Source: Octopus vulgaris
Taxonomy: Eukaryota
Assembly: GCA_951406725.2 (NCBI GenBank)
Contig: OX597823.1
Span: 29,512,001 to 29,576,000 of the forward strand
Direction: 5' to 3'
Length of the DNA: 64,000 nucleotides
The position numbers and the translations under genes were made by a program. Under the pieces are notes generated by a model. It had not been told where the DNA came from, did not search any database, and saw only the letters and a list, made by a program, of their open reading frames with translations. Each line of letters starts with the position of its first letter. The stretch's first letter is position 1. Shown here one piece after another: positions 39,635 to 53,599 of the stretch.

Positions 39635-40380
39635 AAGTACTGGGCTTACAAAGAATAAGTCCCGGGGTCGATTTGTTCGACTGAAAAGGCGGTGCTCCAG
39701 CATGGCCGCAGTCAAATGACTGAAACAAAGTAAAAGAGTAAAAGAGTAAGAGAGTCAAGTCAATGCTTCCGTCAAAGTGACTGACCTTGAGCCCTAAATT
39801 GAGACTATTTTATCATAGATCGACAAGTACTGGGCTTACAAAGAATAAGTCCCGGGGTCGATTTGCTCGACTAAAAGCGGTGCTCCAGCATGGCCGCAGT
39901 CAAATGACTGAAACAAGTAAAAGAGTAAAAGAGTAAGAGAGTCAAGTCAATGCTTCCGTCAAAGTGACTGGCCTAGAGCCCTAAATTGAGACTATTTTAT
40001 CATAGATCGACAAGTACTGGGCTTACAAAGAATAAGTCCCGGGGTCGATTTGCTCGACTAAAAGGCGGTGCTCCAGCATGGCCGCAGTCAAATGACTGAA
40101 ACAAGTAAAAGAGTAAGAGAGTCAAGTCAATGCTTCCGTCAAAGTGACTGGCCTTGAGCCCTAAATTGAGACTATTTTATCATAGATCGACAAGTACTGG
40201 GCTTACAAAGAATAAGTCCCGGGGTCGATTTGCTCGACTAAAGGCGGTGCTCCAGCATGGCCGCAGTCAAATGACTGAAACAAAGTAAAAGAGTAAAAGA
40301 GTAAGAGAGTCAAGTCAATGCTTCCGTCAAAGTGACTGGCCTTGAGCCCTTAAATTGAGACTATTTTATCATAGATCGAC
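39635..40380 (+). repeat. Four-unit tandem array (180-190 bp) of SINE 3' half plus unique flank
   Basis: Units start at 39635, 39825, 40012 and 40192 (AAGTACTGGGCTTACAAAG...CATAGATCGAC). Confidence 0.95.
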
Positions 40381-40442
40381 TTCTTCCTTTTTTCATGGAC
40401 TTAAGGAAACCGAAGGAAAGAAAAGAAAGCGAGGTAAGAGAT

Positions 40443-40505
<63 letters not shown>

Positions 40506-41046
40506 GTGAAGAATTGTGTGTACGTGTTTGTGTGTGTCCGAGTGTGTGGCCTAGGCATGTATATTCCTGTCTGCGAAAATCACGTTGTCATTCAGTCTGT
40601 CATTCATTTTTCAATTTAAATAAAGGTCATTTGGGTTAAATTTCGTTTGTTGGATTATGTGGTGTGCTTTTGTAGGTAGCGGTGGCGGTTAAGGAGGTTG
40701 GTGGAGTGTCAGCAGTGGCCAAGAGGAAAGGTGATAATAAGGTAGACGGAGCGTCGGTGGTACTTTGGAGGCGGGTGAAAGAGTAAATAAATAATAAAAT
40801 TTTTTTAATAAAACGGAATTGAAAAAAGAAGGAAACAAGACAAGAGACAATAATACCAAGAAGTGGTCCAGTCACTATGGCGTCTCAGTATAAATTGTTT
40901 ACCAAATGAAACAGCGTATAGGTGAATGTGTGTGTGAGTGTGTGTGTGTGTGTGTGTGTATATTTGTGTGATGGCATGCATAGGTGTTGAATGAGTGAAT
41001 GCGTCTGTAGCGCATCGGTGTATTCATTAAAAATGCGTCTGAGTGT

Positions 41047-41515
41047 GTGAGAGAGAGGGGGGGGAGAAAGAAAGAAGGAAGGGAGGGAGGAAGAGAGAGA
41101 GAGAGAAAGAAAGGAGAGAGAAAGAAAGGAGAGAGAGAAAGAAAGGAGAGAGAGAAAGAAAGGAGAGAGAGAAAGAAAGGAGAGAGAGAAAGAAAGGAGA
41201 GAGAGAAAGAAAGGAGAGAGAGAAAGAGGGGCGGGAGAGAGGGAGAGAGAGACAGAAAGAAGGGAGAGAGAAAAGAAGGGAGGGAGGGAGGGAGAGAGAG
41301 AAAGAGGGGAGGGAGGAAGAGAGAGAGTGAGAAATAAAGAAGGAAGGGAAAGAGAGAAAGAGGGGAGGGAGGGAGAGAAAGAGGGGAGAGAGAGAAAGAA
41401 AGAGGGAAGGGAGAGAGAGATAGGAGAGGGAGGGAGAGAGAAAAAAGAAAGAAAGAAAGAAAGAAAGAAAGGAGAGGAGGAGAGAGTGAGGGAGAGGAGG
41501 GAGAGAGAGAGAGGA
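41047..41515. repeat. Polypurine (GA-rich) tract with an ~18-bp periodic core
   Basis: About 470 bp almost entirely A/G; repeated AGAAAGAAAGGAGAGAG units. Confidence 0.95.
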
Positions 41516-43764
41516 AGCCTGGTCCGTTACAAAAGCCCAAATAAAACCAACACACACACACACATTTCCTTAATGCATTCCATTCCCAAAACTGTGGCCG
41601 TGCTGGAGTTCTGCCATTATCGTTTCCTTTTCAATGGTCAATCTCAAGGATCTGGCTTTTGAGAAATGAGGGAGCTTCAGATATTACTGACTTCATCTGA
41701 GTTTCTTACCGTGATACAGCCTCATCTGGGATCTTTGACAGCGGAACGATAAGGTGCCTTGGGAAACATCATTTGTTTTCCAACCACATGCACCTGGGTT
41801 CAGTCCTACTGCATGACGCCTTGGGCAAGTGTCTTCCACTACAGCCCGGAACCAGCCAGAGTCCTGTAGACGGAAACTGAAAGAACCCCGTCGTATGTAT
41901 GTTAATTTACGAATGAAAAGCAGCTCCACTACATAGTGTAATGTACGCCCATTTGTTGCGCGATAACATCCTGAGAAAGCTCCCTACACTCTTAAAAAAG
42001 AAACTGACCTACGCGAGATTCGAACTCTAAACGGAACGAATACTGCACCACACTAACAGCTGCGCCAAATCACCATTCCCTTCTTCTTTCATCACCTCAT
42101 TCCTGCACAATGCTGTGGCGTTGTGGAAATTGAATTCTTCAACTAGATTCTAACTCAGCTTCACAACCGCTGTTGGTGTGCTTACGTCCCCGTAGCTTAG
42201 CATTTCGGCAAAAAAAAAATCGATAGAATAAATACCAGGCTTTAAAAAAAAGTATTGGAGTCGATTAATTCAACTACGAATTTTTCAAGGCGGTGCCCCA
42301 GCATGGCCGCAGTCTAATGACTGAAACAAGTAAAAGATAAAAGAAGACGTATAGTGGTTAATATATATATGGTGCTAGTCCTTTCAGCTTATCGGGATCG
42401 ATAAAATAATTACCAGTGGAACATTGGTAATTACAGGCCTTGTGCCAAAATTTGAAACTAATGTGTCATAGTACTGGGTGGTGGTTGTATAGAATATATG
42501 GTGGACGTGTAAAATATGCGATGTTGATTGAGTTATAGTAATAGTTGGTGACAGTGTACTATGGGAATTTTACAATAGTACGGGGAAGTGAATGTGTAGT
42601 ACATAAGCTATACGAGCTGTACTATCATCGTATTGTGAGGAGGTTTGTCTATAATATATTCTCCGTGTGTATAACGTTATAGTATTGGAAATGTCTTGCG
42701 TAAAATGTATGATGCACCGAGGAAGACAAACATATTATAAATTATATCATTGTTATCTTTGTTGATGTTGCTATTATTAATCGTATTAAGACGGGAGTTA
42801 ACGCGCTGGACGAAATGCTTAGCGGTATTTCGCCCGTCGTTACGTTCTGAGTTCAAATTCCGCCGAGGTCGACTTTGTCTTTCATCCCAAATTTCAGGCC
42901 TTGTGCCTATAGTAGAAAGAATTATTATTATTATTGTTGTTATTATTATTATTACTAATCGTATTAAGACGGCAAGCTGGCAGAATCGATAGCACGCCGG
43001 ACAAAATGCTTAGCGGCATTTCGTCCGTCTTTACGTAATCGACCAACAAACACCCTCACCCAAAATTTGAGCCCTTGTACTTATAGTATAAAGAATCATT
43101 AGTAATCGTATTCTTAACGTATCACCTCTAATCTTTTACCATTTACATCACAGATTTAGATTTATGCCGTTCAAAGAAAACAAAACTATTCGGCTGTAGA
43201 TCGTAAAACTAAACCGTTTATCCGCAAAATAGGGGGCTGGTGGGGGCGTAAACAATAAGAATGATAATAATTAAAAATGGTAATCAACCCCATTACATCC
43301 TCCAATAAATTGAACTCGAACTAAAGTGGGAACAACTAAATGGACGCTTGATCTGCTGGACATAGTAACCAAATTTCACATGTCAGACCAAGTGTCTTCA
43401 AGAAAACACAAAAAAAAAAATGTACGTGAACTTGGGTAATGTAATCTTTGATATAGTTTGAGCGGAAGACGAGATGGTCACAACTAGAACGCCTTTCACG
43501 ATTGGTGTCTAAAGGATCACTGCTGACCTCCGAGAGAAAATAGCTTTGTAGTAATAATAGCTTGTGATTTTGATCTCGAGATTAAGTAACAACCACTACA
43601 AAAATAGCAGAGACAAACACAAGAAAACGATTCGCTAATAATGATGACAATAATGTAACTACGTTTTATCAAACAGAAGACCAAATGTAAACCAATAGAA
43701 GAAAACAAAACAAAACCAGAAGCCGGTTGTATTTTCCATTTTTTTTTTTCATTCATGGCAGACG

Positions 43765-44212
43765 AGAATGACGTAATCTATTGGTTGTTGACTGACTGAT
43801 TACGTCAACCTTGTATATACCAATGATGTTTGCTATTTGTGTCCACCACCATATCTTTCTCTCTCTCTCTCTTCCTCTCTCTCCCTCTCATTCACACACA
43901 TACTCACTCTCACACACACACTCTCAATATATCTCTCCTGTTTCTTTACCTCGTATTCACACGGTCTTCTTAAGAAAGAACCTCATCCTTTTCTTCTCTC
44001 TACATCTCTCTCTCTCTCTTTCTCACTCTCTCACGCACATTTAACATTAATAAATATATACACACACATTACAAAACATACTTCTTACAAATCTGTATCG
44101 TAATTAGCAACAACCAGCACAACAAACAAACAAACATCATGGCTACTACTAAGGTTTTATTCACAACTACACGGCGCATGCGCTATATTATCAGTTCTAC
44201 GTTAGTTACACG

Positions 44213-44261
<49 letters not shown>

Positions 44262-44520
44262 CACTACTCTGAGCATGCGCCGTTGATGCTTGTAGTAAAT
44301 TATGTAAATAAGCGACGTCACGTGAGAGGAGCATAGTGGAGGATGAGGGAAGAAAGTGCAACTCTTGGAAGACAAGAAAGAAAAAAATTACAAAAATATG
44401 AAAAAGATACAAAGCAAAAGGTAAAAGGAAATCAACCAACCAATGAAATGCAATGCAAAAGATGACATCATCGTCTCGAATCCGGAAAGATGATTGGAAG
44501 CGTATCTTCTTACCTGACTG
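43765..44520. promoter_or_regulatory. Candidate promoter/enhancer motif cluster
   Basis: TGACGTAA and TTACGTCA pair near 43770-43807, GCGCATGCGC at 44174-44183, GAGCATGCGC at 44271-44280, GACGTCACGTGA at 44314-44325, TGACATCA, several CCAAT/ATTGG. Confidence 0.35.
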
Positions 44521-44630
44521 GAGAAGTGACGGTGGAGAAAACGAGAACGAGGCTACATACGGCAAAGTGAAAGTAAAACGCATATACATACACACTCTCA
44601 CACACGCGCACAAATTATACATATGCAACG

Positions 44631-44665
<35 letters not shown>

Positions 44666-44765
44666 ATTGTATCTTGCTCATGTTGTAAGCATTACACATT
44701 GTTTACATAGAGAATACTAGGATATCTAAGTACATTTGCTATGTGTGTTTACTACCACTACTACT

Positions 44766-44853
<88 letters not shown>

Positions 44854-44987
44854 TCACTAGTCGTGCTTGATTTATAGTATGTAGGTATGGTGTGTTGGCA
44901 TATGTATAAATGTATATGGTTGGACATGTTGACAGAGGTATGTGTGTGTGTACGTATGATGGTTAATGTATGAGTGTGTTGCTATAG

Positions 44988-45028
<41 letters not shown>

Positions 45029-45157
45029 TGTGCGTTCATATGTGTGTTTATGTTCCAACGTTCGCATGTGTATACTTTCCTGTTGCTACACATCAAACGT
45101 TATCACATACATTCATTGTGCTTCGAGCAAGTTCACAAAGGCAAGTGCACACACATA

Positions 45158-45192
<35 letters not shown>

Positions 45193-45381
45193 TTCTATCG
45201 TATCTATGATGACTCTGCAAGCAAGACGTACGAGTGACACCTGTGAAGTCGGATTAGGGATGTTACATCGTACCTGGAATCTGCTGAGATCTCAGAAAGT
45301 ACTTGCATTGTATTTGATATTGTTCACAAGAGAGAAAGACTTCCTACCGGCCATCCTCTATTTCCTCTCCCATTTTTTCTT

Positions 45382-45760
45382 CCAAAAACCCCTGTTTTTG
45401 GATACGGAGATTCCGGGAAAATGCCAAAAATCGGCATTTTGAAATTTGGTCCCCGCTTCCTCCCATTTCTTCATTTTTGACTTTTCCTCTTAACTCTAAA
45501 ATCCTAACCATTGCCATAAGCCTAACCCTTAAAGCCCTAACCCTAAACGTAACCGTAACCCTAACTACCAAAACTTTTGGAAATTTTTTTCAGAATCATA
45601 ATCTCCGTATTTTTCCGCATATTTTGAAAAAAAAAAAAAAAATCTGAAGAAAGTAAAAAAATGAAGAAATTCGGCGGGGTGTGGAGTAATTTCAAATTGC
45701 CGATTTTTGCCAATTTTTTTTTGCAGATTCGGATTCTCCGTAGCCGAAAACGGGGGTTTG
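45382..45760. mobile_element. Inverted-repeat element with an internal degenerate (CCCTAA)n tract
   Basis: CAAAAACCCCTGTTTTTGGATACGGAGA / TCTCCGTAGCCGAAAACGGGGGTTTG plus inner IR AAAAATCGGCATTTTGAAATT; CCCTAA-like units at 45503-45566. Confidence 0.55.
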
Positions 45761-45920
45761 TGTAGAAAAATAGATAAATAAATAAATAAAGGGGGTTTTG
45801 GGGTTACAAAAGAAAGTCTTGCCCACAAGAGTTCGAGGAACCCTGGCAAAAACTTCGTAGTCTCCGAGGAACCCTGGCAAAAACTTCGTAGTCTCCGACA
45901 AGATTCAACTTGCAGGCTTC

Positions 45921-45951
<31 letters not shown>

Positions 45952-46134
45952 TGTGTGTGCACGCGCTCGTGCGTGCGTGTAAATATCTGTACACGCGCAC
46001 GTGTTGATGTTTGAGTGTATGTATGGATATTTGCATATTCATGATTCTCGCTGCATGAGTGTCGGAGGAGCCCGGTTTTAGTGTGTGGCACCAGAGGAGT
46101 TGAATTCAGACAGTAACTGTCTCAAAGCTCGTCT

Positions 46135-46165
<31 letters not shown>

Positions 46166-47092
46166 GGTAGTACGTTTGTGTATGTTGGTGTTAGCGTACG
46201 AAAATGTGTTACAGGCAGATGTTCAGCAAAAGTTTATGACGTCATGGATGAGTGTGCGACATTGGCTTTCCTCTGCTCAAAAGATCTGAGCAGTCAAACA
46301 TACGCTCACTCGTGAGCTCGTCATGTACTAATACCGAAACACTGTCCAATTACGATATGCTTGTATATATATGTTTAATTGGGTGGACAACCATTTTAAT
46401 GGACGATTCAAAACAAGTCGTTCTAATTTTAGCACGAGGGAGTGAGCAAGTGGATCATACCGGAATTTGAACACGGAACGGAAAATGTCAAAAGAAATAC
46501 GAAGCATTCTGTCCACTATGCTAACGATTCGGTAACCTCACCACTTTGATGAACTGAATTAATAAAAAAAAACAGAAGCGAGCATGGCTAATTAATGGAC
46601 ATAAAAATAATCTCTTCGCAACTGCATGATTATGGGTTCGATCTTACTGTGTGGAACCTGGGGAGTAGAAGACTTTATTTTAGAAAGAAATTGTCAAATC
46701 TTATCTTTTGTGTGTATCTATCTTTATGTCTACAGAGGTCTAAAAACCGGCGCTTTTCGTTGCATCTCTGTATGGCCAGGAATCTAACGTTCAACAAATA
46801 AGTAACGACAGGGCTACAGCATGGCCGTGGCCCAACGAAGGAAACAAGTAAAAGATATAAAGGAAATATATAAGATTTCAAAAACAGCCGACTATTAGAG
46901 GTAGCTAGACCAGTTCGTACCCTGTTACGGGTCGTCCATTCGGGGGTTTAGACCTTGAACATGCTGCAGACCATCTCAGTGGAGGGACCACAGGAGATAG
47001 AACTGCTGCCATAACGAGCAAGAAGCGCTGAGTTCGAAACTTTCTTGTCGATACATATATAAATCAGCTTGGGCCAGTACACTCTCTTTACA

Positions 47093-47131
<39 letters not shown>

Positions 47132-47155
47132 TTGTGAAACTGAAAGAAGCCCGCC

Positions 47156-47197
<42 letters not shown>

Positions 47198-47640
47198 CAA
47201 CGACAGGGCTACAGCATGGTCATGGCCCAATAAAGGAAACAAGTAAAAGATATATAAAGATATAAGATTTCAAGAAGAGCTAACTATTGGCGGTAGCTGC
47301 GCGCCCCACCATGACTGTGCACACATGCACATTTCACGGCATACCGAACCAAGGGACACAGCTCCTAACCCAATCATCTGGACTCTTTTTTCGTTTCGCC
47401 ACTTTTTTCACAGCAGCCGCTGACCGGTTTTGGTAATCCACCTCCGACAATAGAGAGCAGTCGTCATATTCCCTTCCACATCGGCTATCTCTGGTGAGCG
47501 TAAAGTTATATAATCGGATTGTTACCTAATATCCCATTGTAATCTTTAACGCGAAACCGCGATTAGTAAGACCAGCCGTGATGGATATTTAATACTATAA
47601 AATTCGGATAATATATATACATACACATATATATATATAT

Positions 47641-48042
47641 CTTTCTCTTTTCTCTTTTACTTGTTTCAGTCATTTGACTGCGGCCATGCTGGAGCACCGC
47701 CTTTAATCGAGCAACTCGACCCCGGGACTTATTCTTTGTAAGCCCAGTACTTATTCTATCGGTCTCTTTTTTGCCGAACCGCTAAGTGACGGGGACGTAA
47801 ACACACCAGCATCGGTTGTCAAGCGATGCTAGGGGGACAAACACAGGCACACAAACACACACATATATATATACATATATACGACAGGCTTCTTCCAGTT
47901 TCCGTCTACCAAATCCACTCACAAGGCATTGGTCGGCCCGGGGCTATAGCAGAAGACACTTGCCCAAGATGCCACGCAGTGGGACTGAACCTGGAACCAT
48001 GTGGTTGGTTAGCAAGCTACTTACCACACAGCCACTCCTGCG

Positions 48043-48044
<2 letters not shown>
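47641..48044 (-). mobile_element. SINE family A, full length
   Basis: Complete copy; further partial copies at about 618-785, 1098-1260, 4320-4570, 5806-6060, 10660-11405, 18355-18487, 38490-38795, 42160-42345 and 52560-52750. Confidence 0.9.
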
Positions 48045-48100
<56 letters not shown>

Positions 48101-48251
48101 TGGTAAATAAACAAACAACTAAATGTAAAAACGAACGGGAGACAAACAGAAAATCCGTAATTCTTCATCAGTTATCGACCAAGTTGGTACCATTCGGTTT
48201 CGCACCTTTAACGATAAGACAGAGTGCTTCCCAATTAGCGGTGCCCGTGTA

Positions 48252-48313
<62 letters not shown>

Positions 48314-48640
48314 AAATGAGGGTGAGAAATTAGATATTAATTTGATTTTACAAGTCTGACTTTGTGCGGACGTCCTAGAATGCAGTCCTGCAAATTATAT
48401 TCCTCTGGACGGTCGCACCGATGATCTACGGACATTTATGTAAGTATAATTACGTAATATTTTAATAGTGAAACGTATGCGAATAATCCATATTTTTATT
48501 GCTTTTTCTTTTGTCTTGCTCGAATACGTTTTGGTTGTTTTGCTAAATTTTTCTTGAGAACATTTCTTAGTGGTAAGACCATAGCGGATCCATTTCTAGC
48601 ATAAGGGTGTACACACAGTGGTTTCCCTCTAATATGTATG

Positions 48641-48708
<68 letters not shown>

Positions 48709-49435
48709 TATACAGATACATGTACACATATGTACATAATCACACACAACACATACATACACACACATACGTACGCGTGACGTGTGTGTGTGTGTGTGTG
48801 TAATATATTTCTGGAGTATTCGTAAGTACTATCTCTAAGGTACCAATACCATAATAGTATTTCCTGAATGAGCTATGTGATGTACCATGATTTACTCAGA
48901 AAATTGTGCTCCGCCAGGTCACCTTGCCCTGCATTGGATACAGCGCTTGAAGCCAAACCAGATGGTTTGAGAACATAGTGAAGGCTGTTTATGTCATCCG
49001 GGTGAATGAAATGTAAATGCCATCACTACCACCACCACCACATGTGTGTGTGTGTGGGGGGATGTTCTCAAGAGAGAAGATAGGCTAATATGTATGGCAA
49101 GAGTATTGGGTAATACCATTTCTGATACCATCGATAGTGTGTGGTAGTACACAACGGGTTTGCGTGCCATACTATTACGCCACAATTTACAGAGTAAAAC
49201 ATACTCCGTCAGGTCATCTCGCCCTAGCAAAGTCAGTTGCACTGGATACTGCACTTAAAGACAATCCTGAGGGTTGGTGAGACTCGAAGAACATTGTTAT
49301 GGCTGCTTTTCAAAAGATAGCCTGATAAGGAAAAGGATATGCTACCATGAAGAAAATGGAAGGGATCCAGATATTGCATGCATCAACTGTTATATTATGT
49401 CTACTTATTTATTTATTTATTTTAAACAATTATGA

Positions 49436-49484
<49 letters not shown>

Positions 49485-49487
<3 letters not shown>

Positions 49488-49677
49488 GTTAATCCAAACG
49501 GGAAAACAGAAAAAACAAAAACACGTGGAACAATGACAGTATTATTATTATTAGGCGCTCAGGAAAATGGAAGAAGGAGGGTATGACGTTTCGAGCGGAG
49601 CTCTTCGTCGGAAACATAAGAGAAGGAAGAAAGAAGAAAGAAAGATCCCGATGTGGGCGAACAGAGGGAAAAGAAAA

Positions 49678-49680
<3 letters not shown>
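49485..49680 (-). mobile_element. Penelope-like terminal module, second family, hammerhead at 49581-49615
   Basis: Minus strand GUUU-CCGACGA-A-GAGC(UCC)GCUC-GAAA-CG-UC-AUAC; inside a long (TA)n tract. Confidence 0.6.
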
Positions 49681-49733
<53 letters not shown>

Positions 49734-49893
49734 GAGGGCATTATACATGTATAATGCCCTCTATATATAAATTAATATGTTCAATAAGAAATAATTATTT
49801 TCGAAATTTTTTCTCTTATGAGGTCTTTCACGCTATCTACCTGACAATTTCTTGTTAAGTTTTCCTTATTAAGTAGTTGTCCTTAATTGCTAA

Positions 49894-49931
<38 letters not shown>

Positions 49932-50585
49932 GCAAAGATTGTGTTTTACATACATAAGTACCAGTAACTTCTAGAATTTAAAAAAAAGAAAAAGAAGTTT
50001 CTTATAGCCATTGGCTGGTGTAGTTCCTAAAAAACATTATGATGAGATGGTCGTTTCTGGAACACGGCTTTGAATAAGAAATAAGTTGGATAGACGAGGA
50101 CTAGACAATAATTAACTGAAGCCGGCAATTTTTTTTTATCTGGGAGGGGGATGTTCCAGTAAGGTGGGGAGGAACAAATGCACAGAAGAAAGGAAGAGTA
50201 CGGAAAAAAAAAACAGGGAGAGAAGGGGCGGCGAGACGGACACGACGAGAACAGACAGGAAGAAAAAAAAGTAATAAAGAATTAGATACAAGATTGAAAA
50301 CAAAAAAGGAAATTAGAACGAGAAATGTAATAAAAACATTGGAAGAGAGAGGAGGAAGAAGAAGGAGGAGGGGGAGGAGGGGGGAGGAGGGGGAGGAGGA
50401 GGAAAGGCAAGGGTTTAATGAGAGAGAGAAAAACAGGTGCAAGATCGAAAGAGTAAGAGGAGAGTGGGGCGGGAAGGTTTGGAAGCGACACAGGAAGGAG
50501 AGCGGATTGTAACAGACAAGACGAGAGAGGCTAATAGACAGGGTAGAAGGGGGGGAGGGGTAGACGCTGGAGAAGATATATAAAC

Positions 50586-50620
<35 letters not shown>

Positions 50621-51061
50621 AAGAAAAAGTGCAGTTGAAATAGGGAATTATAAAGAAAGGAGAAAAAAAAAGAAACTTAGAAATGAAAATGAAAATAAGA
50701 TAAAATAGCAAAGAATAACGACATACAGACAGACAGATAGACAGAAGGGTAAGAGGGCATGGAGGGGGAAAATTTGAAGAGACAGGACGCAGTGTGTGGC
50801 CTTTACAGATGTGGAAATGATAAAAAAAAACATAAAGAAAAGAAAACAAAAGAAAAAGACATGAAAAAAGAAAAGGAAAAAAAAAAACAAGGGAAAAACC
50901 TCCTCAAGCGAAGCTCGAAACAAAGAGGTCACGTGACAAAGATGTCAGCCATCAGTGCCGGAAGACGACAGAAATGACATGAAATATAGCGGTACACATA
51001 ACTGTGTAGCAAGGATACTTCGCTGTTGGGAAATCCTTACACATATTCATCTGTCTATCTG

Positions 51062-51102
<41 letters not shown>

Positions 51103-51318
51103 TTTGACAACCATGTACATACATTTATGCGTTTGTGCGTGTGTATGCGGCGTGCGCGCACACATACACATGCACAAACACATATACCTTTCACGCATGC
51201 ACACGCACACACACACACACGAACTGCACGGAGGTCCGTGAGAGCGCATAATCACAACCACCGCCTCTACCACCAAAACCACCACCACCACCTTCTATAA
51301 TAAACTAGAAACACGCAA

Positions 51319-51393
<75 letters not shown>

Positions 51394-51394
51394 T

Positions 51395-51482
<88 letters not shown>

Positions 51483-51991
51483 GTAATCGCACTTCTTATG
51501 ATCGATGACATGTTCAGCAAAATTTTGCTCGACATTAACAAAGTTTCACCACCAAAACCACCACCACCTCTACCACACCACCCTCATTTGGATAACCAAA
51601 CGTAAGAAGATTCACCAGACTCCAAGACTCCGTTATTTCAAAGTATGCATCGTAGATTCAATGTATTCATTATATACGCTTGTGTGTATGTCCGCATCTA
51701 GGTATGTGCGTGTTTACGCTTATATGTACATATATGTAAGAATGTGTTTGTCACGTGTTTGCATGTATGTACGTATATACATGCATATATGTAACCTTCC
51801 TGGAGGATATCAATTTTTTCCTATAACGTTTCTAACAAAGGAACCAAAAGTTCCATTGCTGAGATTTGGATGACAACAATAATAGTTACACATTGAACTT
51901 TAGAACTGAACTGGCATATTTATCATGTTCTGCTTGCAGAATTGTATATCGAAAGTGTGTGTTGGTCGGTTATTTTCTTGGCCTCGCAAAA

Positions 51992-52390
51992 GCGGCGAGC
52001 TGGCAGAAACGTTAGCACGCCGGGCGAAATACGTAGCCGTATTTTGTCTGCCGTTACGTTCTGAGTTCAAATTCCGCCGAGGTCGACTTTGCCTTTCATC
52101 CTTTTGGGGTCGATCAATTAAGTACCAGTTACGCACTGGGGTCGATGTAATCGACTTAATCCCTTTGTCTGTCCTTGTTTGTCCTCTCTGTGTTTAGCCT
52201 CTTGTGGGTAGTAAAAAAAATAGGTATTTAGTCTGTCTTTAAGTTCGAGTTCAAATTCCGCTGAGGTCGACTTTGCCATTCATCCTTTTGGGGGTTGATA
52301 AATTAAGTACCAGTTGCGTACTGGGGTCGATCTAATCCCCTGGCCTCGTCTCCAAAAATATCGGGCCTTGTGCCTAGAGTAGAAAAGATT
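51992..52390 (+). mobile_element. SINE family B, head-to-tail dimer
   Basis: Two successive GAGTTCAAATTCCG...AAGTACCAGTT units joined at AAATAGGTATTT. Confidence 0.85.
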
Positions 52391-52504
52391 TTCTTTGGCC
52401 GTAGAAGCCCCACCTTTTCGAGAATGCCACTTCGACATTTACCAACAGCCAACTGCACCAGTAATTGATGGTACAAATGCAAATTTATAATCTACGTAGA
52501 CAGG

Positions 52505-52540
<36 letters not shown>

Positions 52541-53541
52541 CATGTAGATTTTGTTCCTTCTTTTCTTTCACTTGTTTCAGTCATTTGACTGTGGCCATGC
52601 TGGAGCACCGCCTTTAGTCGAACAAATCGACCTCAGGACTTATTCTTTGTAAGCCTTAGTACTTATTCTATCGTTCACTTTTGCCGAACCGCTAAGTTAC
52701 GGGGACGTAAACACACCAGCATCGGTTGTCAAGCGATGTTGTAGGGGGACAATTCCGTAGTGTAATGACTGGATTAAGCAAACGGTAGAAAATAACAGGA
52801 AACAAAATCAGAATTTTACCCTTCGTACCAGTAATACAAACTGTTCGGCCTCGTCAGACACACGGTATAACGCTAATACTGCCCGAGGATATTATCTTGT
52901 TCTCGAGGCTGCGGAATACTCATCCACTTACAACTCGATGAGTTGACTGAACAATTGGAATATCAATTTACTCATCGTCGAAACCGACGAAGATCCGTTT
53001 ACTTTCGGTTGATCGTTTTATTCAAGAAGTTGCAGGTTTTCATTTTTCTTAGTTATTTTAAAGCCGGTTAGAAGACAGCGAGCTTGCATGCCGGACAAAA
53101 TGCTTAGCAGCATTTCGTCCGTTTTTTATATTATGAGTTCAAATTCTGCCGGGGTTGATTTTGCCTTTCGCCTCTTTTCATACCCAATCAAGTACAGGGA
53201 TCGATGAAATTGACAAGTCCACTCCCGCCTAAAATTCCAGGCCTTGTGCCTTATAGTAAGAAAGAATTAAGCTAGTAGTCGTGTAATAAGAGGGGGGATT
53301 TTGGCTGTTATATCTAGCACGTTGAGCGACTTGACGCAGTGACTCCCTCCCTGTAAAAACATAGAGGCAACGAAATGGCGGTTGGTTTGGTGAAGTAAAA
53401 TAACTCAGGAAGGAAATTAGTTGTAAGATTTGGTGAGGCTGTTTTGTGTGGAAGACTTGCAATTCTAAAGCATTCCTCACAGACATAGGCACACAATCAT
53501 ACACTCTGACATACAGATACACACACACACACACACATTGA

Positions 53542-53599
<58 letters not shown>

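Noticed and set aside
45834-45898. 31-bp perfect tandem duplication
   Set aside because: Ordinary local duplication or assembly artefact with no further structure.
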